Program-made: the position numbers and the translations under genes | Part shown: in pieces, positions 26,741 through 38,324 of the stretch | How positions within the stretch are numbered: position 1 is the stretch's first letter | Layout: each line of letters starts with the position of its first letter | NCBI GenBank assembly: GCA_905199225.1 | Contig: CAJKFS010000001.1 | Span: 7,895 to 71,894 of the forward strand | DNA: 64,000 bases | Direction of reading: 5' to 3' | Origin: an uncultured Collinsella sp. | GTDB lineage: Bacteria > Actinomycetota > Coriobacteriia > Coriobacteriales > Coriobacteriaceae | The notes under the pieces: model-generated | Database searches by the model: none | What the model saw: the letters and a program-made list of their open reading frames with translations, nothing else | Told to the model about the DNA's origin: nothing

Positions 26741-29317
26741 ATGTGCGATTGCACAGATCATAAGGATGAGATCCCCGCCTACGACGCGCAGGCCATTGAG
26801 TCCCGGTGGATGAAGGCGTGGGACGACGAGAACCTCTTTGCCGTCGACACCGACGCCACCAAGCCCAAGAAGTATGTGCTCGAGATGTTCCCGTATCCGT
26901 CGGGCGACCTACACATGGGCCACGCGCGCAACTACACCATCGGCGATGCCATGGCCCGTCAGGCCCGCATGCGCGGCTTTGACGTGCTGCACCCCATCGG
27001 CTTTGACGCCTTTGGCCTGCCCGCTGAGAACGCCGCCATCAAGCACAACACGCAGGCTGCCGCCTGGACGTATAAGAACATGGACCAGGCGCTCGCCACG
27101 ATGAGGCGCATGGGCTTCTCCTACGACCTGGATCGCACCGTTAAGACCTGCAGCCCCGACTACTATCGCTGGGGCCAGTGGATCTTTGAGAAGATGTGGG
27201 AAAAGGGCCTGGTCTATCGTAAGAAGAATCCGGTTAACTGGTGCCCCACCTGCAAGACCGTTTTGGCTAACGAGCAGGTGACCGAGGGCAAGTGCTGGCG
27301 TTGCGGCACCGAGCCCGAGAAGCGCGACCTTGAGCAGTGGTACTACAAGATCACCGAGTACTCCCAGGAGCTGCTCGATGACCTTGAGAAGCTTCCTGGC
27401 TGGCCCGAGCGCGTCAAGCAGATGCAGGCCAATTGGATCGGCCGCTCCGAGGGTGCCGAGGTCGACTTTACCCTGTGCGACGCCGATGGCGAGCCCATCG
27501 AGGGCGACGAGGGCAAGATCACCGTCTTCACCACGCGCGCCGATACCCTTTTTGGCGTCTCCTTCTTTGTCCTGGCTCCCGAGTACGCCCGTCTGCACGA
27601 GCTCGTCGAGGGCACGGAGTACGAGGCGGCCGTCACCAAGATCGTTGAGGACTCCAAGCACATTTCTGCCGTCGAGCGTGCCCAGGGCACTCTCGAGAAG
27701 CACGGTGCCTTTACCGGCCGCTACGTGGTGAACCCCGTTAACGGCGAAAAGGTCCCCGTGTGGGTTGCCGACTACGTCGTGGCCGATTACGGCACCGGCG
27801 CCGTCATGGCCGTTCCCTGCGGCGACCAGCGCGACTTTGAGTTTGCCCGCAAGTATGATCTGCCGATCGTGCCGATCATCCTGGACGACGATGATCGCGC
27901 TGCCGTCGAGGCCAGCGGCGAGACCATCGATACCTTCCATGCCGAGACTGTCGACTGGGAATGCGCCCACGCTGCCGAGGGCACGCTGGTCCAGTCGGGC
28001 AAGTACACCGGCATGCGCGGCGGTAAGCACTCCGAGGGCGAGTCTGCCATCGTGGCCGACCTCGAGGCCATGGGCTGCGGTCGTCGCAAGGTCGAGTTCC
28101 GCCTGCGCGACTGGCTCATCAGCCGCCAGCGCTATTGGGGCAACCCCATCCCGGCCATCCACTGCGAGCACTGCGGCATCGTGCCCGTGCCCGAGGATCA
28201 GCTGCCGGTGACGCTGCCCGAGAACCTGGACCTGGGTGCCGGCGAGACGCTTGCCGAGTGCAAGGACTTCTACGAGACCACCTGCCCGGTCTGCGGCCGC
28301 CCGGCCAAGCGCGAGACCGATACCATGGACACCTTTACCTGCTCCAGCTGGTATTACCTGCGCTATACCGACCCGCACAACACCGAGCTGCCCTTCTCCC
28401 GCGAAGCCGCCGACCGTTGGATGCCCGTCGATAACTACATCGGCGGCATCGAGCACGCCATCCTGCACCTGCTCTACAGCCGCTTCTTTACCAAGGCACT
28501 GCGCGACCTGGGCCTGCTGAGTGTGGACGAGCCCTTCACCAACCTGCTGTGCCAGGGCATGGTCAAGGACGAGAACGGCGACACCATGTCCAAGTCCAAG
28601 GGCAACGTCGTGCCCCCGAGCTCGGTCATCGAGCCCTACGGCGCCGACACCATGCGTCTGGCGATCCTGTTTATCGCCCCGCCCGAGAAGGACTTCGACT
28701 GGGATCCCAAGGCCGTTGAGGGCGCCAACCGCTTCATCAAGCGCGCCTGGCGTATCGTGTGGCAGCTCGTCCAGTCCGGCGACGCCAACGTGGCCTTCGA
28801 CAAGTCCGCGCTCGACGAGGTTGCGATGAAGCTCTATCGCGAGCGTCACCGGACCATCGCCAAGTGCACCGAGGACTTCGATCGCGGCCAGTTCAACACC
28901 GCCATCTCGGCCGTCATGGAACTCGTCAACGCGGCGAGCGCCTACCTCAACGCCACCGAGGGTGCCGCGCGCGACAAGGCCCTGTGCTACGGCGTGGCTA
29001 AGGACATCGTGAGCGTCCTTGCCCCCATCTGCCCGTTCTGGGCCGATGAGCTGTGGCATGAGGCACTCGGCTGCGAGGGCAACGCCTATACCGCCGCCTG
29101 GCCCGAGTTCGACCTGGCCGAGTCCATCGAGGACACGGTGCAGATTGTCGTGCAGGTGCTCGGCAAGGTTCGTGGCCGCATCGACGTAGCCCGCGATGCC
29201 TCCAACGAGGAGATGCAGGCTGCCGCCGAGGTCGCTGTCGCCAAGTGGACCGAGGGCAAGACGGTCGTCAAGGCCATCTGCGTGCCCGGCAAGCTGGTCA
29301 ACCTGGTGGTCAAGTAA
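26741..29317 (+). CDS. leuS: Leucyl-tRNA synthetase
   Basis: [12 protein letters not shown] (HIGH-type motif) and KMSKSKGN. The ATG at 26741 is preceded by AAAGGAG, so it is preferred over the in-frame track start at 26615. Confidence 0.95.
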   Translation: MCDCTDHKDEIPAYDAQAIESRWMKAWDDENLFAVDTDATKPKKYVLEMFPYPSGDLHMGHARNYTIGDAMARQARMRGFDVLHPIGFDAFGLPAENAAIKHNTQAAAWTYKNMDQALATMRRMGFSYDLDRTVKTCSPDYYRWGQWIFEKMWEKGLVYRKKNPVNWCPTCKTVLANEQVTEGKCWRCGTEPEKRDLEQWYYKITEYSQELLDDLEKLPGWPERVKQMQANWIGRSEGAEVDFTLCDADGEPIEGDEGKITVFTTRADTLFGVSFFVLAPEYARLHELVEGTEYEAAVTKIVEDSKHISAVERAQGTLEKHGAFTGRYVVNPVNGEKVPVWVADYVVADYGTGAVMAVPCGDQRDFEFARKYDLPIVPIILDDDDRAAVEASGETIDTFHAETVDWECAHAAEGTLVQSGKYTGMRGGKHSEGESAIVADLEAMGCGRRKVEFRLRDWLISRQRYWGNPIPAIHCEHCGIVPVPEDQLPVTLPENLDLGAGETLAECKDFYETTCPVCGRPAKRETDTMDTFTCSSWYYLRYTDPHNTELPFSREAADRWMPVDNYIGGIEHAILHLLYSRFFTKALRDLGLLSVDEPFTNLLCQGMVKDENGDTMSKSKGNVVPPSSVIEPYGADTMRLAILFIAPPEKDFDWDPKAVEGANRFIKRAWRIVWQLVQSGDANVAFDKSALDEVAMKLYRERHRTIAKCTEDFDRGQFNTAISAVMELVNAASAYLNATEGAARDKALCYGVAKDIVSVLAPICPFWADELWHEALGCEGNAYTAAWPEFDLAESIEDTVQIVVQVLGKVRGRIDVARDASNEEMQAAAEVAVAKWTEGKTVVKAICVPGKLVNLVVK

Positions 29318-29346
29318 GCGCTGCGTGTAAAGCTGGCATGCAATAA

Positions 29347-29388
29347 ACGAGGGACGGTCCGGTTGGGTCGTCCCTCGTTTTGTGTTGT
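29347..29388. terminator. Bidirectional intrinsic terminator (CGAGGGACG...CGTCCCTCG plus T-run) between leuS (+) and the lipoprotein gene (-)
   Basis: A hairpin followed by TTTTGTGTTGT on the plus strand. On the minus strand an A-rich run precedes the hairpin. Confidence 0.75.
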
Positions 29389-29421
29389 ATGCCCTGCTTA
29401 GTCAGTGCGTCGCACCGTCTT

Positions 29422-29994
29422 CTACGGGATGTGTACTAGGTCCCTAAAGTAAACGTTGCCCGTTGCCTCTTCGAACATCCAAATGTTGAGGTAGATGTCG
29501 TTGAGGTCGTTGTTCACATCAAAGTCGGGGTCGTCGAAGGTGCCCACAAAGGTGAGCATGGCGCGCGTTTCCTCGCCCGCTGCGACCTGCTGGCGCATGC
29601 GCACGTCGCAGACCTTACCGCTGACGTAGGCATAGGAGTCCGCGTCGCCAAACATCATGTCGACACCGGTATTGTTGGTCACCGTAAAGACGAGCGCGGC
29701 GTCTCCGTAGCCGTCGGTGTCCTTGCCCACGCAGGTAACATGGACGTTTTCGTCTGCCTCAAGGTCGATGGGGAACTGTTCTTGGGGGTCGGGACCTAGG
29801 CCCTGGGGATCGTCGATGTCTTCGTCTATTTTGTCGAAGCTTACCGGGGGTTCGGTTTTCTCGATGGCTTTGGTGCTGCCACGATCCGGTTCGCATGTTC
29901 CGGTTTTGCCATCGATGTTGTTGCAGCCCGTCAGAGCGAACGAGCAGGCAGCGACGACGAGCGCGGTCGCGCAGAGGGTGCCTAGGCGTTCCAT
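29422..29994 (-). CDS. Lipoprotein of unknown function (190 aa)
   Basis: Signal peptide with lipobox LTGC(N). No recognisable domain. Confidence 0.6.
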   Translation of the reverse strand: MERLGTLCATALVVAACSFALTGCNNIDGKTGTCEPDRGSTKAIEKTEPPVSFDKIDEDIDDPQGLGPDPQEQFPIDLEADENVHVTCVGKDTDGYGDAALVFTVTNNTGVDMMFGDADSYAYVSGKVCDVRMRQQVAAGEETRAMLTFVGTFDDPDFDVNNDLNDIYLNIWMFEEATGNVYFRDLVHIP

Positions 29995-30364
29995 GGATCC
30001 TCCTTGCCGTAGAGATGCTGGAAGGTTGTGCGGTCAATGCGTGCGGCAGGCTTTCTCGCTACAGAATGCCTCTCGGCTCTAGTCTGGCCGATGTGCGCCC
30101 AGGGATGGAATGCCCATAGGGCCCGATTCGGTCGGCACGCTGGGACGCATGGCCCGTTTTGGGACTGTTGAGGGCGCGCCGCATGGGGTTCCTCGGTCAA
30201 TTGTCCCATTCTTGTGGAGAACCTGTGCGCACGCTGACCTGCAGATTCGTACTGTGCTTGCGCGTTTCCGCAGCTATTGGTATAGTTTGCTTGCAAATGA
30301 AGTTGTAATTGAAAGAAGTGGGGTTTCGGCCCCGCTTCTTTTTTGTATGGATGGAGGTGCCGCA

Positions 30365-30859
30365 ATGGTCAAGACCAAGACCGAGCAGGCGATCATCGAC
30401 GCGCTCGAGGCCGTCGCTCCCCAGCACGATGTCGACATCGTCGACGTCGAGCTCGTGGGCGCCACCAAGGCCCCCTGCGTGCGCGTGCGTATCGAGGGTG
30501 CCGAGGGTCAGAGCCTGTCTCTCAACGACGTCACGGCCAACACCAAGTGGGTCGGCGATGTGATTGAGGAGCTCGACCCTATCTCTTCGAGCTATACGCT
30601 TGAGGTGTCGAGCCCGGGCATGGCGCGCCCGCTGCGCCGCCCGTGCGACTTTGCCCGCTTTGTGGGCGAGAACTGTGAGCTCACCTCCACCGCCACTGAG
30701 GGCCGTCGCAAGTACGCCGGCAAGATTGCCGCTGCGACCGAGACCGACGTGACCCTCGAGCTCGAGGACGGCGAGTCCGTCACCCTCGATTTCTCTGATG
30801 TTAAAAAGTGCAAGTTGAAGCCCACCTACGACTTCAAGCCCGCGAAGGAAGGAAAGTAA
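30365..30859 (+). CDS. rimP: Ribosome maturation factor RimP
   Basis: MVKTKTEQAIIDALEAVAPQHDVDIVDVELVG is a typical RimP N-terminus. GGAGG precedes the ATG at 30365, so the track start at 30110 is rejected. It is immediately upstream of nusA. Confidence 0.85.
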   Translation: MVKTKTEQAIIDALEAVAPQHDVDIVDVELVGATKAPCVRVRIEGAEGQSLSLNDVTANTKWVGDVIEELDPISSSYTLEVSSPGMARPLRRPCDFARFVGENCELTSTATEGRRKYAGKIAAATETDVTLELEDGESVTLDFSDVKKCKLKPTYDFKPAKEGK

Positions 30860-30860
30860 G

Positions 30861-32108
30861 ATGGCAGCATCCGACATGATGTCCGCCCTGATGGAGCTTT
30901 GCCAGGAGAAGCACATCGACCAGCTCTACCTGATCGACCGCCTGGAGCAGTCGCTCGCCAAGAGCTATGCCGAGATCCTGCATCTTGAGTGGGGCGCCAA
31001 GGTGACCATCGACCGCACCACCGGCAAGATCTACGTCTACCGCCTGGAGCCGATCGACGATTCCATGGACGAGGAGGGCAACTTCACCGAGTTCGAGGAG
31101 ATCGACGTTACCCCCAAGAACACGAGCCGCATCGCCGCCCAGCACGCCAAGGCCGAGATCAACGCTATCGTGCGTAACTCCGCCCGTGAGCAGATCTACG
31201 AGGAGTTCTCCGGCCGCATCGGTGACCTCATCAGCGGTACCGTGCTGCAGTCCACGCCGGACTTCACGATCGTCAAGATTCGCGAAGGCGTCGAGGCCGA
31301 GCTTCCGCACTTCGATCAGCGCCGTTACGAGAACGAGCGCAACGAGCGTCCGATGGGCGAGCGCTACCTGCACAACCAGCATATCAAGGCCGTGATCATT
31401 GACGTTCGCGACCCCAACTCCAACCTGCAGCCGGTTCGTGGCGAGCACAGCCGTCCGCCGATTGTCATCTCCCGTACCCACCCCGAGCTCATGCGTCGTC
31501 TGTTTGAGCAGGAGGTGCCCGAGATCTATGAGGGCACCGTCCAGATCAAGTCGATCGCCCGCGAGCCCGGCCAGCGTTCCAAGGTCGCTGTCCACTCGCT
31601 CGACGACCGTCTGGATCCCGTGGGTGCCTGCGTCGGCCCCAAGGGCAGCCGTGTTCGCGCTGTCGTGGGCGAGCTCCGTGGCGAGCGCGTCGACGTCATC
31701 CTGTGGGATGCCGATCCTGCCGTCTACGTCGCCAACGCCCTGTCGCCTGCCAAGGTCACCCGCGTCCTCATCGACGAGGAGAAGGCCTACGCCGGCGTCA
31801 TCGTGCCCGACGACCAGCTGTCCCTTGCCATCGGCAAGGAGGGCCAGAACGCCCGCCTCGCCGCGCGCCTGACCGGCTGGCACATCGACATTAAGTCCGA
31901 GACGCTTGCCGCCGACATCCTCAAGAACGTTCCCGTTCACGAGGAGCCCGCCGCCGACCTGATCGGTGACGAGGAGGACGAGGACGTCCGCCGCTGCGAG
32001 TACGTGTCCGAGGACGGCATCCAGTGCCGCAACCAGGCCCATCCCGGCTCCCGTTTCTGCGGTGTCCACGACACCGACGCCTTCGATGATGCGGAGGACC
32101 TGATCTAG
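30861..32108 (+). CDS. nusA: Transcription termination/antitermination factor NusA
   Basis: S1 and KH domains. Classic rimP-nusA-infB order. Confidence 0.95.
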   Translation: MAASDMMSALMELCQEKHIDQLYLIDRLEQSLAKSYAEILHLEWGAKVTIDRTTGKIYVYRLEPIDDSMDEEGNFTEFEEIDVTPKNTSRIAAQHAKAEINAIVRNSAREQIYEEFSGRIGDLISGTVLQSTPDFTIVKIREGVEAELPHFDQRRYENERNERPMGERYLHNQHIKAVIIDVRDPNSNLQPVRGEHSRPPIVISRTHPELMRRLFEQEVPEIYEGTVQIKSIAREPGQRSKVAVHSLDDRLDPVGACVGPKGSRVRAVVGELRGERVDVILWDADPAVYVANALSPAKVTRVLIDEEKAYAGVIVPDDQLSLAIGKEGQNARLAARLTGWHIDIKSETLAADILKNVPVHEEPAADLIGDEEDEDVRRCEYVSEDGIQCRNQAHPGSRFCGVHDTDAFDDAEDLI

Positions 32109-32199
32109 CGCGCGGTCGCGCCGGGCAGGTCCCGGCGCATCTCCCACGCTCGTTCAGTCTCTAGGCACCCAAGGTGCCAGAAAGGGTAGGTGAAGTCAT

Positions 32200-34914
32200 A
32201 TGGCAAAAGTCCGTGTGTCCACCCTGGCCAAAGAGTTCGGCATGACCTCCAAGGAACTGATGGGTCATCTCGCCGATATGAAGATTCCCGCTAAGTCCGC
32301 TTCCTCCACCTTGGAGGACGCTTATGTCGCCATGGTCCGCAAGCAGCTCGCCTCGGTGATCGAGGCCCGCGCTCAGGAAGTCGAGGCCGCCAAGCAGGCC
32401 GAGGAGCAGGCAGCTGCCGCCGAGGAGGCCGCACGCGCTGCCGAGGCCGAGCGCGAGCGCATCGCCGCCGAGAAGGCCCGCGAGGAGGAGCGCCGGCAGT
32501 TTGCCGCAGCCCAGGCTGCCGAGGAGGCTGCCCGCGCCGAGGCCGAGGCCAAGAAGAAGGCCGAGCAGGAGCGCCTTGCCCGCGAGAAGGAGGAGGCTGC
32601 CCGCGAGGCCCAGCGCCGCGCCATTCCCGCTTCCGACTCCGGTTCGCGCTTCCGTTCGCTGCTCGACCAGATCGCCGCACAGGAGACCGTGCTCAAGGAG
32701 AAGAAGGACGCCGAGGACAAGGCCAAGGCCGAGCGCGCCGCCGAGCGCGGTAACCGTCGTGGCGGCAACAACAACCGCCGCGGTGGCCGTCGTAACGATC
32801 GCAACGCTTCCGACAACAACTCCGAGCGCAACGCCTCCGAGAGCCGTCCGCACAGCCATCGCACCAACGCCAGCAACAACGTCGCTGCCGGCATGGACTT
32901 CCCCAACCCCGATAAGCAGGGCAAGGGCAAGAAGCGCAAGGGCGGTCACAACAACGAAGAGGACCACTACAGCCGCATGGCTCGCGAGGCCGAGGAGTAC
33001 AGCCGCGAGAAGGTCCTCGAGGAGGCCCGCGCTGCCGTCGAGGAGGCCTCTCGTGAGTCCACCGGTCGCCGCAAGAAGCGCAAGGAGAAGCGCGAGCGCG
33101 AGGCTGCCAAGGCTCAGGAGGAGCGCAAGATTGAGGAGGCATTGGCCCAGGGCGTGAACCCCGAGGAGCTCGACGCCATCAAGGTTTCCCAGGGCGTTAC
33201 CGTCCAGGAGCTCGCCGAGGCGCTCGACGTTCCGGCCAACGACATCATCAAGCGCCTGTTCCTGCTGGGTACGCCGCTCACCATGACGCAGTCCATGTCC
33301 GACGACCTCGTCGAGCTCGTTGCCGACGACTTGGGTCGTCAGATCAAGATCATCACCCCCGAGGAGGAGAACACCTTCTCGTTCTACGACGATCCCGCCG
33401 ACCTTAAGCCGCGCGCACCGGTCGTCACCGTCATGGGCCACGTCGACCACGGCAAGACGAGCCTCCTCGACGCCATCCGTCACACCGGCGTTGCTGCCGG
33501 CGAGGCGGGCGGCATTACGCAGGCCATCGGTGCTTCGCAGGTCATGATCAACGACCGCAAGATCACCTTCATCGATACCCCCGGTCACGCCACCTTTACG
33601 GCTATGCGTGCCCGTGGCGCCAAGGTGACCGACATCGTCATTCTGATCGTGGCTGCCGACGACGGTGTCATGCCCCAGACGGTCGAGTCGATCAACCACG
33701 CCAAGGCCGCCGGCGTACCCATCGTTGTCGCCGTCAACAAGATCGATAAGCCCGGCGCCAACCCCGACCGTGTGCGTCAGGAGCTCACCGAGTACGGCGT
33801 CATCCCCGAGGAGTGGGGCGGACAGAACATGTTCGTCAACATCTCGGCCAAGCAGAAGATCGGTATCGACGATCTGCTCGAGACCGTGCTGCTCCAGGCA
33901 GATGTGCTCGAGCTCAAGGCCAACCCGGACACCTTTGCCTCCGGCAACGTCCTCGAGGCCAAGCTCGACAAGGGCCGCGGCTCGGTCGCTACTGTGCTCG
34001 TGACCCGCGGTACCCTGCACGTGGGCGATACGCTGGTCGCCGGCCTCACCTACGGCCGCGTCCGCGCCATGCTCGACCCCAAGGGCCGCGCCGTCACCGA
34101 GGCCGGTCCCTCCGACGCCGTTGAGATCCTGGGCCTGCAGTCCGTGCCCAACGCCGGTGACGAGTTCCGTGTGTTCGAGGACGAGCGCGAGGCTCGCGCC
34201 CTTGCCGACGAGCGTTCGCTCAAGGCCCGTATCGAGGAGCAGAGCCGCGTCAAGCACGTCACGCTCGAGAACCTCTTCGAGACCATTGCCGACGCCGAGG
34301 TCAAGGAGCTCAACCTGATCATCAAGGCCGACGTCCAGGGTTCCATCGAGGCCCTTCAGGACTCGCTCGACAAGATGGATCAGTCCGAGGTTCGCATCAA
34401 CACGATCCACTCCGCCGTTGGTGCCATCAACGAGACCGACGTCGTTCTGGCCGACGCCTCCAACGCCATCATCATCGGCTTTGGTGTCCGTCCCGACGGT
34501 AAGGCCCGCTCCGCTGCCGAGCGCGAGGGCGTCGAGATCCGTTGCTACGACGTCATCTACAAGTGCCTCGAGGAACTCGACGCTGCCCGTATCGGCATGC
34601 TCAAGCCCACCGAGGTCGAGGTCTCCACGGGTACCGCGACCGTCCTGGACACCTTCAAGGTGCCCAAAGTCGGTATCGCCGCCGGTGTCCGTGTCGAAGA
34701 GGGCGAGATCGCCGCGACCGATTCCGTGCGTCTGGTGCGCGACGGCATCGTGGTCTTCAACGGCAAGATCGCCTCGATGCGCCACTACAAGGACGAGGCC
34801 AAGAGCCTCAAGAGCGGTTCCGAGGGCGGCATTGGCCTGGAGAACTTCCAGGACATCAAGCCCGGCGACCAGATCGAGGGTTACCGCATCGACCAGGTTG
34901 CCCGTACCGAGTAG
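32200..34914 (+). CDS. infB: Translation initiation factor IF-2
   Basis: G-domain [12 protein letters not shown] and DTPGHA. Ala/Glu/Arg-rich low-complexity N-terminal region. Confidence 0.95.
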   Translation: MAKVRVSTLAKEFGMTSKELMGHLADMKIPAKSASSTLEDAYVAMVRKQLASVIEARAQEVEAAKQAEEQAAAAEEAARAAEAERERIAAEKAREEERRQFAAAQAAEEAARAEAEAKKKAEQERLAREKEEAAREAQRRAIPASDSGSRFRSLLDQIAAQETVLKEKKDAEDKAKAERAAERGNRRGGNNNRRGGRRNDRNASDNNSERNASESRPHSHRTNASNNVAAGMDFPNPDKQGKGKKRKGGHNNEEDHYSRMAREAEEYSREKVLEEARAAVEEASRESTGRRKKRKEKREREAAKAQEERKIEEALAQGVNPEELDAIKVSQGVTVQELAEALDVPANDIIKRLFLLGTPLTMTQSMSDDLVELVADDLGRQIKIITPEEENTFSFYDDPADLKPRAPVVTVMGHVDHGKTSLLDAIRHTGVAAGEAGGITQAIGASQVMINDRKITFIDTPGHATFTAMRARGAKVTDIVILIVAADDGVMPQTVESINHAKAAGVPIVVAVNKIDKPGANPDRVRQELTEYGVIPEEWGGQNMFVNISAKQKIGIDDLLETVLLQADVLELKANPDTFASGNVLEAKLDKGRGSVATVLVTRGTLHVGDTLVAGLTYGRVRAMLDPKGRAVTEAGPSDAVEILGLQSVPNAGDEFRVFEDEREARALADERSLKARIEEQSRVKHVTLENLFETIADAEVKELNLIIKADVQGSIEALQDSLDKMDQSEVRINTIHSAVGAINETDVVLADASNAIIIGFGVRPDGKARSAAEREGVEIRCYDVIYKCLEELDAARIGMLKPTEVEVSTGTATVLDTFKVPKVGIAAGVRVEEGEIAATDSVRLVRDGIVVFNGKIASMRHYKDEAKSLKSGSEGGIGLENFQDIKPGDQIEGYRIDQVARTE

Positions 34915-34925
34915 GGGGTAGCGCT

Positions 34926-35336
34926 ATGAAGCAAACGCAGGCAACCCGCCGTCTGGGCGAGCAGCTTCGCGAGAAGCTCGGTTATATCCTGCTCTTTGAG
35001 GTTTCCGATCCGCGTCTCGACCTGGTTACTTTGACCGCGGTCGAGGTCGCGGTGGACCGTTCGTTCGCGCGTGTGTTCGTGTCGTGCGATGCGAGCCGCT
35101 ACGACGAGGTCATGGAGGCGCTCGCAAGCGCTAAGGGCCGTATTCGCAGCCTGTTGGCTCGCTCGCTCGATTGGCGTGTTACGCCCGAGCTCGATTTTCG
35201 CATCGATCGCTCGACCGATGAGGCCGAGCGCATCACGCGTGCGCTGGAAAACGTTCCCGCCACGCTTGCGATCGAAAAGGACGAGGACGGCTATCCGATA
35301 GCGGATGCCGCCCAGGAGGCAGCTTTAGATGACTAA
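34926..35336 (+). CDS. rbfA: Ribosome-binding factor A
   Basis: MKQTQATRRLGEQLREKLGYILLFEVSDPRL. The start is placed at the ATG after the infB stop. The track ORF 34542-35336 runs in this frame through the infB 3' end and is rejected. Confidence 0.85.
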   Translation: MKQTQATRRLGEQLREKLGYILLFEVSDPRLDLVTLTAVEVAVDRSFARVFVSCDASRYDEVMEALASAKGRIRSLLARSLDWRVTPELDFRIDRSTDEAERITRALENVPATLAIEKDEDGYPIADAAQEAALDD

Positions 35337-36372
35337 TTCCGCCGACCTCGCCTCGTGCGAGTCTGCAGATATTCAGCGACGCATCCTCGAGCTCATCGAG
35401 GGTGCGTCCTCCATTGCGATTTCGGGACATACTTCTCCCGATGGCGATGCCTTGGGCTCCGTGTTGGGTCTGGGCCTTTCGCTCATGAAGTTTTTCCCCA
35501 ACAAGGACATTGCGCTGCTGTTGGCAGACGATGACCCGGTTCCGCGTATCTACCGCTTTATGGAAGGCTCCGATCGCCTGGTGCCGGCATCTGCGTACAC
35601 CGGCAATCCTGACCTGTTCATCTCGGTGGACGTACCGGTCGTAGAGCGTCTCAATAATTCCGCCGAGGTGCTTCGTCGCTCCAAGCATGTGGTGTGCTTC
35701 GATCACCATCCGGCGCGCGAGGAGTTTGCCGAGCTCAGCCTGAGGCGCGTCGAAGCTGCAGCCTGCGCCATGATCATCGACCGCTTCTTGGACAATTGCG
35801 GCATTGTCGCACGTGATGGCGTTGCAACCTGCCTGCTGTGTGGCTTGGTTACCGATACCGGCCGTTTTCAGTACCAAAACGCCGACGCCGCCGCGTTCCA
35901 TGCAGCCTCGCGTCTGGTTGCCCACGGTGCCGATCCGGCGCGTGTGGCACTCGAGGTCTACCAGAGCATGCGCGTTGAGTTTTTGCACCTCAAGTCCATC
36001 GTTATGGGCCGCATTAAGACGGTGGCCCACGGGCGCGTCGCGTATAGCTACGCGTACCAGAGTGACCTTGAGGCGTGCGGTGTCACCTCGGATGAGTGCG
36101 ACGGTCTGGTTGACGTGGTGCGCTCGGTGATGGGCGTCGAGGTCTGCCTGTTCCTGAAGGGCATTGAGGGCGATACCAAGGTGCGCGGCAACCTGCGCTC
36201 CAAGGGTGACCTCAACGTGTCCGAGATCGCTGCTGCCTTTGGCGGAGGCGGACATCCTGCTGCCGCCGGTTTCTCCAACAACGGAACGATTCTCGAGACG
36301 CTCACCGTGGCACTTCCCATGCTGGCCGAACTGGTAGGGGAGGATCCCGCTTCGGTGACCGTCGAGCTTTAA
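35329..36372 (+). CDS. nrnA: DHH-family bifunctional oligoribonuclease / pAp phosphatase NrnA
   Basis: DHH motifs ISGHTSPDGDALGS and DHH/DHHA1 architecture. Located between rbfA and truB, as in Gram-positives. Confidence 0.8.
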   Translation: MTNSADLASCESADIQRRILELIEGASSIAISGHTSPDGDALGSVLGLGLSLMKFFPNKDIALLLADDDPVPRIYRFMEGSDRLVPASAYTGNPDLFISVDVPVVERLNNSAEVLRRSKHVVCFDHHPAREEFAELSLRRVEAAACAMIIDRFLDNCGIVARDGVATCLLCGLVTDTGRFQYQNADAAAFHAASRLVAHGADPARVALEVYQSMRVEFLHLKSIVMGRIKTVAHGRVAYSYAYQSDLEACGVTSDECDGLVDVVRSVMGVEVCLFLKGIEGDTKVRGNLRSKGDLNVSEIAAAFGGGGHPAAAGFSNNGTILETLTVALPMLAELVGEDPASVTVEL

Positions 36373-36387
36373 CTTTTTGGATGGTAC

Positions 36388-37320
36388 ATGGCTCGTCGTA
36401 CGCCTTCTCAACTGAATATGCTGCTCGCCGTCGATAAGCCGGTGGGCTGCACGTCCCACGATGTGGTTTCGCAATGCCGGCGCGCCCTCCATGAGCGGCG
36501 CGTCGGCCATGCCGGCACGCTCGACCCCATGGCATCGGGTGTCATGGTGGTGGGTGTGGGCCAGGCCACCCGTCTGCTGGGCATGCTCACGCTCGATACC
36601 AAAAGCTATGTCGCCGACATCTCGTTTGGCGCCGAGACCAATACCGATGATGCGGAGGGCGAGGCGGTCCGCACGGTGGCTGTTGCCAACGAGCTCCGCG
36701 ATCCTGCCTATGCCCGTGAGCGCCTGGCCGCTATGCTGGGTCCGCAGATGCAGGTGCCGCCGGCGTTTTCGGCTATCTCGGTCAATGGCGTTCGCGCCTA
36801 CAAGTCTGCTCGTGAGGGCAATGCGGTGGACCTACCTCCGCGCCCCGTCGAGGTCTATGCCGCCGACCTGATCGCCGTGGGCGGCGAAGGTGATACGTGT
36901 GTGTGGACCGTGGCGTTCTCGGTGAGCAAGGGCACCTATATCCGTGCGCTCGCTCGCGACTTGGGCCGCGCCTGCGAGAGCGCCGCGCACATTTCCGCGC
37001 TGCGCCGCACGGCCTCCGGTGTTGTTTCCATTGGCGCCTGTCATGCGGTCGAGGAGCTTTCTCCCGAGTCCGCGCCCGGCTTTGCCCTGGATCCCATTGC
37101 GGCCCTGGGCGCCACGCGTGTTGACTTGCCGGGCAATCTTGCCGACGATCTGCTCTGCGGTCGACGCATTCCCGTTGAGCGTGCGCTTGCCGATTTCGAT
37201 ACCTCGAAGTCGCCTTTTGCTTTGGTGCTCGATGGGGGACTCAAGGCGCTCGCCCGCATCGAGGGTGGCCGCTTTGTCATGGAGCACGTGTTTCCGCAGG
37301 CAATCGGCGGTGTTCGATGA
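36388..37320 (+). CDS. truB: tRNA pseudouridine(55) synthase
   Basis: GHAGTLDPMASGV catalytic Asp motif. Confidence 0.9.
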   Translation: MARRTPSQLNMLLAVDKPVGCTSHDVVSQCRRALHERRVGHAGTLDPMASGVMVVGVGQATRLLGMLTLDTKSYVADISFGAETNTDDAEGEAVRTVAVANELRDPAYARERLAAMLGPQMQVPPAFSAISVNGVRAYKSAREGNAVDLPPRPVEVYAADLIAVGGEGDTCVWTVAFSVSKGTYIRALARDLGRACESAAHISALRRTASGVVSIGACHAVEELSPESAPGFALDPIAALGATRVDLPGNLADDLLCGRRIPVERALADFDTSKSPFALVLDGGLKALARIEGGRFVMEHVFPQAIGGVR

Positions 37321-38324
37321 TGTTGTCCGCTCACGAGCTCGCGCGTATTTTTTTCGCGGGCGAGTCGGACGTGGCTCACATCGTTACTGCCGATGCGTTT
37401 GATAAGTGTGAGCACCTGGGTGCCGCATCGATTGCCATCGGCGTGTTCGACGGCGTTCACCGTGGACACCAGGAGCTCATTGCGGCGCTTGTTAGCGATG
37501 CGCGCGCCCATGATTGCAAGGCGGTCGTGGTCACTTTCGATCCCGATCCGGACGTTGTGGTGAGTCCTTCGCCCGCTCAAAAATTGATGACGACGGCCGA
37601 CCGTCTACATGCCTTGGCTCAGACCGGGGTCGATGCGGTGGTGGCCGTTCCCTTTACGCCTGAGGTTGCGGCACTCGACCATGTTGCTTTTCTCTCGCTG
37701 GTGTCGCGTCTGGTCGACATTCGTTCGATTCGCGTTGGCAGCGACTTTAGGCTGGGTCGTGGCGGTGCTTCTGGTGTTGCCGAGATGCGCTCTTGGGGTT
37801 CCGAGCGCGGCGTTGACGTGTATGGTCACGACCTGCTTTGCGAGGGCGGTGAGGCCATTTGCGCCACCCGCATTCGTCATGAGCTGGGACAGGGCCATGT
37901 GGAGCTTGCTGCTGAGTTGCTCGGCCGCCCGTATATGCTGCGTGGCGGTGTTATTCGTGGCCGTCACGAGGGTTCTGACATGGGCTTTCCCACGGCAAAC
38001 CTGCAGGTTCCCGACGGCATTCAGGTGCCTGCCGATGGTGTGTATGAGGGTCTGGTGCTCGTCGATGACATCGCGTGGCCCGCTGCCGTTAATGTCGGCC
38101 TGCCGCCGACGTATGCCGACGATGCCGCTTCATCGCATCTCGAGGCTAACTTAATTGGTTATACGGGCGACCTGTACGGCGCTTCCGTTTCGCTGGCGTT
38201 TACGCGCTGGCTGCGTCCCTCGCGTGTGTTCGAATCGCTGGATGAGTTGATCTCGACCGTCGAGGGTAATATCGAGGATATTCGTCACAACTTGGGCGAG
38301 CAGGGGGTGAGTATCCGTGATTAG
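37317..38324 (+). CDS. ribF: Bifunctional riboflavin kinase / FMN adenylyltransferase
   Basis: N-terminal nucleotidyltransferase domain (IGVFDGVHRGHQ) and C-terminal riboflavin kinase domain. ATGA coupling with truB. Confidence 0.85.
   Translation: MMLSAHELARIFFAGESDVAHIVTADAFDKCEHLGAASIAIGVFDGVHRGHQELIAALVSDARAHDCKAVVVTFDPDPDVVVSPSPAQKLMTTADRLHALAQTGVDAVVAVPFTPEVAALDHVAFLSLVSRLVDIRSIRVGSDFRLGRGGASGVAEMRSWGSERGVDVYGHDLLCEGGEAICATRIRHELGQGHVELAAELLGRPYMLRGGVIRGRHEGSDMGFPTANLQVPDGIQVPADGVYEGLVLVDDIAWPAAVNVGLPPTYADDAASSHLEANLIGYTGDLYGASVSLAFTRWLRPSRVFESLDELISTVEGNIEDIRHNLGEQGVSIRD

Noticed and set aside
32291-33157. Apparent tandem-repeat/low-complexity DNA inside infB (GCC/GAG/GCG-rich, 32380-33150)
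   Set aside because: It encodes the Ala/Glu/Arg-rich N-terminal linker typical of IF-2. It is not a separate repeat element.
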